From IMG/VR virus record IMGVR_UViG_3300020042_005535, positions 1 through 40,823 of that record: DNA of 40,823 bases, one strand, 5' to 3'. The translations under genes were made by a program, and so were the position numbers. Below the pieces are notes generated by a model. It was not told where the DNA came from, did not search any database, and worked only from the letters and a program-made list of their open reading frames with translations. Below are positions 28,663 through 36,080 of the stretch, in pieces. Source of the stretch: a virus. Lineage: Duplodnaviria; Caudoviricetes. How positions within the stretch are numbered: the stretch's first letter is position 1; every line of letters starts with the position of its first letter.

Positions 28663-28911
28663 ATGGACTCGCGCTACACCTACCTCAACGCCGTCCTCGA
28701 CACGAATCCGTCTATCGTGCACCTCGTTGCGGATAACACCGTGTGGGCGGGCGGCGTCCTGTCCGACTACGCCGTGGCGACCGGACCCGTCCCTGTGGGC
28801 GAACAGTCCATCCCCGGTCGCGTGACGGTAGAGGCGGCGAACCCCTCGGACACGAACTGCCGGGGCTACGCCGCGGGTGGGGTTCTGGTCGCTCTGTTCC
28901 GCACCAACTAG
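28663..28911 (+). CDS. Hypothetical protein, 82 aa (fibre-associated?)
   Basis: AGGAGG RBS before ATG at 28663. Confidence 0.7.
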   Translation: MDSRYTYLNAVLDTNPSIVHLVADNTVWAGGVLSDYAVATGPVPVGEQSIPGRVTVEAANPSDTNCRGYAAGGVLVALFRTN

Positions 28912-28919
28912 GAGATCTC

Positions 28920-29108
28920 ATGCCCATCACCACCGCTGAGATGATCGACATCGGGAGTGACGCCTACTCGCTGGTGATCTTCCTTCAGAAGTCCCTCAAG
29001 GTGGATGCTGATGGGAAGAAGCGCCTCGACAAGGACGAGATGAAGGTGTTCCTCAAGGAGTACCTTCTCCCCATGTCAGCGAAGCTCACTCGCGACCTGA
29101 TCGACTAA
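28920..29108 (+). CDS. Hypothetical protein, 62 aa, with EF-hand-like loop
   Basis: AGGAG RBS; helix-DADGKKRLDKDE-helix. Confidence 0.7.
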   Translation: MPITTAEMIDIGSDAYSLVIFLQKSLKVDADGKKRLDKDEMKVFLKEYLLPMSAKLTRDLID

Positions 29109-29111
29109 CCC

Positions 29112-29600
29112 ATGTCTATTCAGGTCTACCCTTCTCGTAGGCACGCTCTCGCCTACGGTTCGTACTCTGACAGCACGAGCCAGTCGCTTACAGCGAGTAC
29201 GGTAACCTACGTCAAGTTCAACACTGTTGAAGCGCAGCAGTTCGTGTCTGTGCAGAACGACGGTTCTGGGTTTCCGACCAAGGTCGTTGTCGGAACGTCG
29301 GGGATCTTCTCGTTCACCATATCTCCGCAGCTCTTGCACGGAGGCGCAGGTTCAGCAGTCGTAGACTTCTGGGCCGTAGTCAATGGCACGAACGTACCAA
29401 GGTCTGCATCTAGGATTAGATTGCCCAACAACACGGAAACGCTTCCGTTCTTTGAGATCATCATTCCTATGACCGTAGGCGATGCCTTTCAGTGGGCGTT
29501 TTACAGCACCAGTTCTACGGTATCCATCTTTGCGACGGCTGCTTCTTCACCTGTTCCGGCTGCGCCTAGTGTTATCGCTGGCGTTAAGCAGATCGAGTAG
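29112..29600 (+). CDS. C1q/TNF-like (BclA C-terminal-like) jelly-roll protein
   Basis: AYGSY, VKFNT, SGIFSFT.S.Q, NGTNVPRS and APSVI pattern. Confidence 0.65.
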   Translation: MSIQVYPSRRHALAYGSYSDSTSQSLTASTVTYVKFNTVEAQQFVSVQNDGSGFPTKVVVGTSGIFSFTISPQLLHGGAGSAVVDFWAVVNGTNVPRSASRIRLPNNTETLPFFEIIIPMTVGDAFQWAFYSTSSTVSIFATAASSPVPAAPSVIAGVKQIE

Positions 29601-29641
29601 GTCTATGGACACGGAAGACACAGCACTCCGCAGGAGCCACC

Positions 29642-30346
29642 GTGAGCATCTCTCCTGAGCAGAAGCGCACGATCGACTCCATCGTCTCTGTCTTCGAGAC
29701 AGGTCGCCTTCCGAACCCGGCTGCATACGCTACCTGTACCGTCCTGCGTGATGGTGCTGGTGTCAGCTACGGAAAGCACCAGTGCACGGACAAGTCCGGT
29801 AGCCTCGACCTGGTCGTGAAGCGCTACATCGAGCTTGGTGGTCAGTACGCTGAGAAGCTCAAGAAGTATCTGCCGTACCTCGCAACGAACGAGACTTCGA
29901 AGGTGGATCCGTCGAAGTCGTACCCGATGTGGATGGCAGAGCTGATCGCCACCTTGAAGTCTGCTGGTGCAGATCTCGTGATGCATCGTGCGCAGGACGA
30001 GGTGTTCGACACGAACTACTGGGCCCCAGCGGTGCGTGCTTGCCAAGACATGGGACTTACCAGCGCTCTCGCGCATGCAGTCATCTACGACACATGCATC
30101 CACAGCGGTCCCGGCATGGTGGCGAACATGCGTAAGCGCTTCGCTGCTGTGCCCCCATCTCGCGGTGGTGACGAGAAAGAGTTCATCAAGCAGTACTGTG
30201 CGGCTCGAGAGTCGTGGCTAGCATCTAGTTCAAACGAGCTTGTGCGCCGCACTGTCTACCGCATGGATGCGTTTCAGATCCTGATCTCTGCCGACAACTG
30301 GTCGCTGACTCTTCCGTTTCCGGTGCGCGGCGTTATTGTTGCGTGA
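29642..30346 (+). CDS. Endolysin, GH46 chitosanase-like lysozyme fold
   Basis: IVSVFETG (putative catalytic Glu), DGAGVSYG.HQ, AQDEVF...YW.PA and YDTCIHSG. Confidence 0.75.
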   Translation: MSISPEQKRTIDSIVSVFETGRLPNPAAYATCTVLRDGAGVSYGKHQCTDKSGSLDLVVKRYIELGGQYAEKLKKYLPYLATNETSKVDPSKSYPMWMAELIATLKSAGADLVMHRAQDEVFDTNYWAPAVRACQDMGLTSALAHAVIYDTCIHSGPGMVANMRKRFAAVPPSRGGDEKEFIKQYCAARESWLASSSNELVRRTVYRMDAFQILISADNWSLTLPFPVRGVIVA

Positions 30347-30364
30347 GATCGGAGGTAAGGAACG

Positions 30365-30646
30365 ATGAGTGAGTCCACTACTGCGCCGTCCCCGTGGATG
30401 TCTGCACCCGTGAAGGTGCCTGTGTGGGCTCTCCTCGTCATCGGCGGCGCGATCGCTGGCTCTGGTGGAGCAGTGATATTTGGTAGCCCGCTCTCTCCGG
30501 AGCCTAGCCCTGCTGCTGCTGCGCCCGTCGCTCCGCACGACGACTCCGCTCTACTCCAGCGAATCACTTCGTTAGAGCAGAAGACGGAGTCTATCGAGCG
30601 CCGCACAGAACGGATCGAGTCGCTGCTTATGGAGATGCGGAAGTAG
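30365..30646 (+). CDS. Membrane protein with coiled coil (holin or other lysis accessory)
   Basis: One hydrophobic segment plus a C-terminal coiled coil; directly after the endolysin. Confidence 0.55.
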   Translation: MSESTTAPSPWMSAPVKVPVWALLVIGGAIAGSGGAVIFGSPLSPEPSPAAAAPVAPHDDSALLQRITSLEQKTESIERRTERIESLLMEMRK

Positions 30647-30833
30647 CGGAGGAGTGGACGTACTCAAGCCACTTCGGGATCACGTCCTTTCGCCACCGGT
30701 ACTGCCTACCAATGCACGTCCAGGGAATGTCTGGGCTGTCGTTGTACGTCTCCATCATGCGACGGAGCGTCGGGTACGAAACCTTGAGCATGGTCTGAAC
30801 CTGCTTCGTGGTGATGTATTCGACTTCAGACAT
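30627..30833 (-). CDS. Excisionase-like (HTH_17/MerR-type) DNA-binding protein
   Basis: YITTKQVQTMLKVSYPTLRR...IGRQYRW...WLE. Confidence 0.8.
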   Translation of the reverse strand: MSEVEYITTKQVQTMLKVSYPTLRRMMETYNDSPDIPWTCIGRQYRWRKDVIPKWLEYVHSSATSASP

Positions 30834-31455
30834 CTAGGATCCTCCTCTGCATGTCAGCATGCGAAGCTCGCATCTGACGGTTCTCGTCACGTACCTGCTC
30901 CATCAGCACGAAGATAGCGAGGCATAGGTCTGCCATCTCGTGATGACGCTGAGGCTTATCGATGCGCCACTTGATCTTTCGGGTGGCCTCGATGACCTTG
31001 TCGATCGCAGGACAGGTGTGCCCTGGTGGCTTCACCGTAGGCGGCTCCACCACAAGCGGCTCCATGTTCGCAGCCACGACCATCCACGGCTCATCCGAGA
31101 GCGAGGCGATCTGCGCACGGTGGTGGTCCTCAAGGACGGTCCAATCGTCGCTCGAGGCTCTGGCCTCGTAACCCTTCCGGTAGCCTTCCTCGTAGGCTTT
31201 CACGCCAGCAAGGTACTCGTTGTTCACCACGGGTCGGTGGACAACCTTGCCCGTGTTTACGTCAATGGACTCGTAGCCGGTGTCGATCGCGGTGGTGGAG
31301 CGCGCCGGTTCTACCGGCTCTGAGTCGAGGATCTCATCCATGCGGTCGAGGATGTCCCACGCGACCTTTGCACGCTTGGTGAGCGTCTGGTCCTCGTATG
31401 CCTTCGCCAGGTCGATGATGTACGTGCGAAGGACAGTAGCGTTCTCGTCAGTCAT
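30826..31455 (-). CDS. Hypothetical mosaic phage protein
   Basis: GAGG RBS and ATGA overlap at 31455; YEEGYRKGY and GHTCPAID segments. Confidence 0.7.
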   Translation of the reverse strand: MTDENATVLRTYIIDLAKAYEDQTLTKRAKVAWDILDRMDEILDSEPVEPARSTTAIDTGYESIDVNTGKVVHRPVVNNEYLAGVKAYEEGYRKGYEARASSDDWTVLEDHHRAQIASLSDEPWMVVAANMEPLVVEPPTVKPPGHTCPAIDKVIEATRKIKWRIDKPQRHHEMADLCLAIFVLMEQVRDENRQMRASHADMQRRILDV

Positions 31456-31952
31456 CGGAACCTCACGCTGCGCTTCTTGGTGATGGCGAACCCATGTGCA
31501 GCCGCGCCAGCCTTGAGTGCTGCCTTCGCTGCTACCTTGTCGGGCTCGACCTTGGTGCGAGTCCACTCTGCCGGCCAGTCGGTGATGTCCTCTGGGCCGA
31601 GCACAGACTCAGTCTCCGCAAGCCATGCGGTGTAGTGCGCCGTCTTGACCTTGGGCTCCTCACCGAGCTGCTGACGCGCCTCGAGCAGGTAGGCTGCGAG
31701 GTCACGCACCCGCTCCTCGGTAAGTTCGAAAGCCTTCCGACGTTCGGCCATGCGCTTCTCCTCAGCACGCAGCATCTCAGCCTCAGCCTCACAGCGACGA
31801 ATCACGGCGAGGCACGCGTGCAACTTGTCCTCGCTCTTGGTGATGAAGTCCTGGAGGACCGTCTCTGCCTCGACCGTGAGGACACCACCCTGCGTCTCGA
31901 CCATGTCCAACAGGCTACGCGAGGTAGCCAGAAGTTCGTAGGTGCTAGACAT
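31452..31952 (-). CDS. Siphovirus Gp157-like protein
   Basis: EAEMLRAEEKRMAERRK coiled coil and KVEPDKVAAKAALKAG; adjacent to ERF and SSB. Confidence 0.8.
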   Translation of the reverse strand: MSSTYELLATSRSLLDMVETQGGVLTVEAETVLQDFITKSEDKLHACLAVIRRCEAEAEMLRAEEKRMAERRKAFELTEERVRDLAAYLLEARQQLGEEPKVKTAHYTAWLAETESVLGPEDITDWPAEWTRTKVEPDKVAAKAALKAGAAAHGFAITKKRSVRFR

Positions 31953-32350
31953 CAGAACGGGATCTCCTCATCGAGAGCGGGTGCGGGACGACGGGACTGC
32001 GGGGGAGGCGCTGCGGTGCGGCGCTGCTCGCCCTCGTCCTTCTTGCCGCCACCAAGGAAGCGCATCGTGTCTACGACGATCTCGGTGCTGTTGACCTCGA
32101 CGCCGTCCTTGTTCGTGTACTTGCGGTAGGAGATCTTGCCCTCGATGTAGAGCTTGCTCCCCTTGGTGACGTACTGCTGCGCGAGTTCAGCGAGCTTGCC
32201 GAACAGCACGAGACGGTGCCACTCCGTCTTCTCCTCACCGTTGCGCTTCTCGGTGGTGGCGAGGCTGGTGTTCGCGACGATGCCGCTGCTGACTTCGCGG
32301 GTGGTCACGTCCTGACCGACGTTGCCCACGAGGATGACCTTGTTGACCAT
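31952..32350 (-). CDS. ssb: Single-stranded DNA-binding protein
   Basis: [25 protein letters not shown] and the acidic DEEIPF tail. Confidence 0.97.
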   Translation of the reverse strand: MVNKVILVGNVGQDVTTREVSSGIVANTSLATTEKRNGEEKTEWHRLVLFGKLAELAQQYVTKGSKLYIEGKISYRKYTNKDGVEVNSTEIVVDTMRFLGGGKKDEGEQRRTAAPPPQSRRPAPALDEEIPF

Positions 32351-32362
32351 GATGGCTTCTCC

Positions 32363-33058
32363 TTAGACGTTTGCGTAAGAGGTGATGGAGGTCTTGCCCT
32401 TCTCTGACTTGATGAACTCGAGGAGCTTCTCGCGCTGCGCATTGTCCATCGCAGACGGACGCGCCCGCCCAAGCGACTCGCACCAGTTAGCGACGACGGC
32501 ATAGTCATGTCCGAGATCGCCAAGGATGGCGCAGAACGCCTGACGTGCATTCGGCCAGGACGCGTGATGCACGGCTGCGGTGACGGGCTGGCCCACGACA
32601 GCCTGACCGATACGCTCGGCATCTGTCTTGAACCTGCGACCGTCGTCACGCATGTTGAGGTGACGGTTCATAGCCTGCTCGCCATCGTCGTCGTCCGCGC
32701 CGAGTCCGGTGATGGACATCAGGCAGTACCTGCGGAGATAAGAGAGAGCGCTGCCCATTCCCTGAGCGTCGTCCTTCGCGATGCGCGTGGACGCGGTGCT
32801 GCCGATCCACTGCCCGCTCTCGTGGATGAGCATGGTGGTCAGCTCGACCAGGCCCTCGGCGCTCCGAGACGGAAGCTGCACGATAGCCAGCCCGTGCTTG
32901 GACAGCGGCTCACGCACAGCCTCGAGGCACGAGGTGAGGTCGGCGTACTTGCTCTTGAAGTGCGGGTTGTTGCTGTCCTTGATGGCGTGCTTCATCACTC
33001 CTTGCGCCTTTGACAGCGCGAGGGCGAGCGCTCCGATCTCGTTGCTCTGCGTGATCAT
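32363..33058 (-). CDS. erf: ERF-family ssDNA annealing protein
   Basis: NPHFKSKYADL, LIHESGQW, QGMGSALSYLRRY and DDDG. Confidence 0.93.
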   Translation of the reverse strand: MITQSNEIGALALALSKAQGVMKHAIKDSNNPHFKSKYADLTSCLEAVREPLSKHGLAIVQLPSRSAEGLVELTTMLIHESGQWIGSTASTRIAKDDAQGMGSALSYLRRYCLMSITGLGADDDDGEQAMNRHLNMRDDGRRFKTDAERIGQAVVGQPVTAAVHHASWPNARQAFCAILGDLGHDYAVVANWCESLGRARPSAMDNAQREKLLEFIKSEKGKTSITSYANV

Positions 33059-33099
33059 GTGATCTCCTTGGTGGTAGCGCGGTCTTGTCCCGCACTCAC

Positions 33100-33181
33100 C
33101 ATCTACTCTCCGGCCCCTCTGCCGTCAATAACATTCAGTCGCTTTGTCTCCCTTGCACTATCGGAGTGGGTCCGCTATGAG
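33100..33181. promoter_or_regulatory. Back-to-back divergent promoters
   Basis: Minus strand TTGACG-17-TAGATG (33128-33100); plus strand TTGCAC-17-TATGAG (33153-33181). Confidence 0.5.
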
Positions 33182-33211
33182 TGGAGCGCACCACCAACCA
33201 CGGAGAGCATC

Positions 33212-33436
33212 ATGCTTCTTCTTCTGACCATCCTCGCCTGTGAGTCTGCCCCCGTTCAGGTCGTCACTCGTCCCACCGACATCCGCTTGGAGCGGTTCTG
33301 CCGCGACGAAACCCCGACGAAGGACGACATCAACAAGCCCTACATCAAGGAAGTGCTGCTGAAGCAGGGCTGGACCTACGAAGGCCCCCTTCACAACGAC
33401 GGCATCAACTGCACCGTTACGCTGTGGACTCGCTGA
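33212..33436 (+). CDS. Small lipoprotein
   Basis: GGAG RBS; MLLLLTILA-C lipobox with a very short signal peptide; two further Cys. Confidence 0.7.
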   Translation: MLLLLTILACESAPVQVVTRPTDIRLERFCRDETPTKDDINKPYIKEVLLKQGWTYEGPLHNDGINCTVTLWTR

Positions 33437-33437
33437 C

Positions 33438-34499
33438 GTGCGCTACCTATCCGTCTGCTCTGGCATCGAGGCGGCATCTGCCGCTTGGCACCCGCTAGGG
33501 TGGGAGCCGGCTGCGTTCTGCGAGATCGAAGCGTTCCCCTCTGCTGTTCTGAAGGAGCGATACCCGCATGTCGTCAACTACGGAGACTTTACTCGTCTCT
33601 CCCAACCAGATCACCCTATTCGATCTGCTGGCATCGACCTCCTCGTCGGTGGAACCCCATGCCAGGCATTCTCCGTCGCTGGACTCCGCAGTGGGTTTGC
33701 CGACCCTCGAGGTGGCCTTACGCTGGAGTTCGTCCGACTGGCGAAGGCACTTCAGCCACGGTGGATCGTCTGGGAAAACGTCCCCGGCGTCCTGTCGCAA
33801 GACGCTGGCCGGGCTTTTGGAGCCTTCCTCGGGGCGTTGGGCGAACTCGGGTATGGGTGGGCCTACCGAGTCTTGGACGCGCAGTATGTGCGAGTGGACG
33901 GATACCCTCGTGCCGTCCCCCAGCGACGGAAGCGTGTGTTCGTTGTCGCATGTGCTGGAGGACAGTCGGGACGTGCCGGAGCGGTTCTATTTGAGCCCGA
34001 AGGCATGCGTCGGGATTCTCCGCCGCGCCGAGAGACGAGGCAAGGCGCTGCCGCCTCTGCTGCTGGCGGCTTTGAGGTCTGCGGTACGCTCTCCGATGGA
34101 GCGCACCACGGAGGAGGACTGAACGGTCAGGACGCCTATACCGGACGAATCCTGCCGGTGACCTCGACCTACGCCAAGACGCACAAGCCGATGTCGAACA
34201 CCGATGCAGAGGGATGGTCACCGCAAGATCACAGCCCGACGATCACCTATTGGCCTCGCGATAGGAGCGATGCTGGAACCGATGTGGCGGTGGTGCAGAC
34301 GATGTCCGTCCGTCGCCTCACTCCGACCGAGTGCGAGCGGCTGCAAGGGTTCCCCGATGGATGGACCGCCATCCCGTGGAAGGGCAAGCCGGCCAGCGAG
34401 TGTCCCGATGGTCCGCGGTACCGTGCGCTCGGCAACAGCATGGCAGTCAACGTCATGCGCTGGATCGGTCGGCGCATTGAACTAGTGGAGAAGACATGA
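33438..34499 (+). CDS. C5-cytosine DNA methyltransferase
   Basis: Motifs I (SVCSGI), IV (GGTPCQ), VI (ENV), VIII (QRRKRVF), IX (RRLTPTECERLQGF) and X (LGNS). Confidence 0.95.
   Translation: MRYLSVCSGIEAASAAWHPLGWEPAAFCEIEAFPSAVLKERYPHVVNYGDFTRLSQPDHPIRSAGIDLLVGGTPCQAFSVAGLRSGFADPRGGLTLEFVRLAKALQPRWIVWENVPGVLSQDAGRAFGAFLGALGELGYGWAYRVLDAQYVRVDGYPRAVPQRRKRVFVVACAGGQSGRAGAVLFEPEGMRRDSPPRRETRQGAAASAAGGFEVCGTLSDGAHHGGGLNGQDAYTGRILPVTSTYAKTHKPMSNTDAEGWSPQDHSPTITYWPRDRSDAGTDVAVVQTMSVRRLTPTECERLQGFPDGWTAIPWKGKPASECPDGPRYRALGNSMAVNVMRWIGRRIELVEKT
33568..34122 (+). CDS. Gene nested in the +1 frame of the methyltransferase (putative second subunit)
   Basis: AAGGAG at 33552-33557; 184 codons; C-terminal SLSHVLE...VPERFYLSPKACVGILRRA. 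Confidence 0.6.
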   Translation: MSSTTETLLVSPNQITLFDLLASTSSSVEPHARHSPSLDSAVGLPTLEVALRWSSSDWRRHFSHGGSSGKTSPASCRKTLAGLLEPSSGRWANSGMGGPTESWTRSMCEWTDTLVPSPSDGSVCSLSHVLEDSRDVPERFYLSPKACVGILRRAERRGKALPPLLLAALRSAVRSPMERTTEED

Positions 34500-34990
34500 T
34501 CACCTTCGGCATCGACCCCGGCATGAGCGGTGGAATCGTCGCTCTCTCCGATGGCGGGAACGTCGTCTTCGCGTGTGCTGCTGACGACAAGAACGGTGGC
34601 TACTGCCGCGCCGGTCAGATCGACGCGAAGGCCATCCGTGGCTACCTCGACTTCGCTGCGCAGTCTGGTCCCATCCGCGTCGTCATCGAGCAGCAGCAGT
34701 GCCGACCGATGGAAGGCCGCACCAGCATCCTGAAGATCGGGAAGAACTGGGGCACCATCATCGGTGCGTGCCACGGCTACCCGGTCCTCGAGCCGCTCGC
34801 GTCTGCCTGGACGAGGACCATCCTCGGTGGGAAGCAGTGGGACTCGCAAGCAGAGAAGAAGGACTTCACCATCGCCTTTGTCCAGCGTCGGCTCCCATCG
34901 CTCGACCTCGTGCTCCCCGGTCGGCGCAGTCCGCACGATGGACTTGCCGATGCCGCATGCCTTGCTATGTGGGGGATGACGCAGCCGTGA
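34496..34990 (+). CDS. RuvC-like Holliday junction resolvase
   Basis: GIDPG, VVIE and HDGLADA acidic catalytic motifs. Confidence 0.88.
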   Translation: MITFGIDPGMSGGIVALSDGGNVVFACAADDKNGGYCRAGQIDAKAIRGYLDFAAQSGPIRVVIEQQQCRPMEGRTSILKIGKNWGTIIGACHGYPVLEPLASAWTRTILGGKQWDSQAEKKDFTIAFVQRRLPSLDLVLPGRRSPHDGLADAACLAMWGMTQP

Positions 34991-35082
34991 GTGTGGTAGC
35001 GATCGGCTGTCGTGGGGCGTGGCCCATCCCTGTCCGGTGGTACGGGGTGAAGGCCACGTCCCTTTCTTTTGGTGCAGCATGA
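34987..35082 (+). CDS. Putative 31-aa coupling/leader peptide
   Basis: GTGA overlap with the resolvase stop and ATGA overlap with the primase start. Confidence 0.45.
   Translation: MSVVAIGCRGAWPIPVRWYGVKATSLSFGAA
35014..35070 (+). terminator. Intrinsic terminator directly upstream of primase
   Basis: GGGGCGTGGCC/GGCCACGTCCC outer stem plus an inner stem, followed by TTTCTTTT. Confidence 0.75.
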
Positions 35083-36080
35083 GTTGGCTCGATGCTGCCC
35101 GCGCCATCCCTGCCTCTGCTGTCGTAGCCTCACTCGGCATGACGGTGTCCCACCGCAAGTACGTGGGGCCATGCCGTGGATGCGGAGCCACCCAGCGGTC
35201 GAGTAAGGACAAGCGTCCACCCATGCTCTACGACAAGGGTGGGCATGCGCTCAAGTGCTTCGCGTGCGACATGCACTTCAGCGGGCTGTGGCTCGCAGCG
35301 TGTGCTGTGTTCGGGCGCCCCCCTCAGTCTGGTGATGACTGGTCGGCTGTCCGTGCGTGGCTCACGGGAGAGGGGCTGCTCGAGGGCGAGGGCGAGCGCA
35401 TCACGCTCAAGGCAATGGACCTCGCGCCTACCATCGAGGAGATCCCGCCGCCGCCCGTGTACCAGGTGGCCTCGCTCCTTCGCTCGTGCGTCCAGCCTAG
35501 CGAGGATGAAGAGGTCGGCGCCTACCTCGCGCTGCGCGGCATCCCGCTGTCTGCACCATGTGGTGCGCTCCCCCGCCTCGATGTCTACCCTGAGTGGTGG
35601 CCGTGGGGACGAGACTACCCCATCCTCGTCGGCGGGTACGACACGCAGGGGAACCTTCGGTCGTGCCATGCCCGCACCATCTACAAGCACCCGATCGGGA
35701 AGACCCGCTGGCCCCGTGGCTACTGCGCTGGCTGGCTCTTCCTCGACCCGGTGAAGGCTCGCCCCATGCTCCAGCGCAAGGACCACAACGTGTCCGCTGT
35801 GCTGATCTGCGAGGGGTTAACTGACTACCTGGCTGCATCGTGTGCAGCAGCGTCTGATCCGTCCCTCGCCGTTATCGGTGGTGCATCAGGATCGTGGCGC
35901 ACACTCGTAGGAGCCGCTATCCCGTCCCACGCCACCATCTTCATCGCCACCGATCAAGACGCAGTCGGTGAGCGATACGCTCGCGAGATCAGCGATGCTC
36001 TCGCCGGCTACTCTCTGCGTCGAATCGACCTCTCACAGTTCGCTACCACGAACGAGGACCACCACCATGTCGTCGCCTGA
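35079..36080 (+). CDS. DNA primase (Zn finger plus TOPRIM)
   Basis: CRGC...CFAC; YLALRGI; ICEGLTD; TDQD..G. Confidence 0.85.
   Translation: MSWLDAARAIPASAVVASLGMTVSHRKYVGPCRGCGATQRSSKDKRPPMLYDKGGHALKCFACDMHFSGLWLAACAVFGRPPQSGDDWSAVRAWLTGEGLLEGEGERITLKAMDLAPTIEEIPPPPVYQVASLLRSCVQPSEDEEVGAYLALRGIPLSAPCGALPRLDVYPEWWPWGRDYPILVGGYDTQGNLRSCHARTIYKHPIGKTRWPRGYCAGWLFLDPVKARPMLQRKDHNVSAVLICEGLTDYLAASCAAASDPSLAVIGGASGSWRTLVGAAIPSHATIFIATDQDAVGERYAREISDALAGYSLRRIDLSQFATTNEDHHHVVA

Noticed and set aside
26282-29600. DGR or invertible tail-fibre system
   Set aside because: No reverse transcriptase, recombinase, TR/VR pair or flanking inverted repeats seen.
33059-33211. N-terminal extensions in the ORF track (e.g. 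33059, 35968, 28570, 28743, 31566)
   Set aside because: Downstream starts have RBSs or stop/start overlaps; the extensions run over promoters or neighbouring genes.
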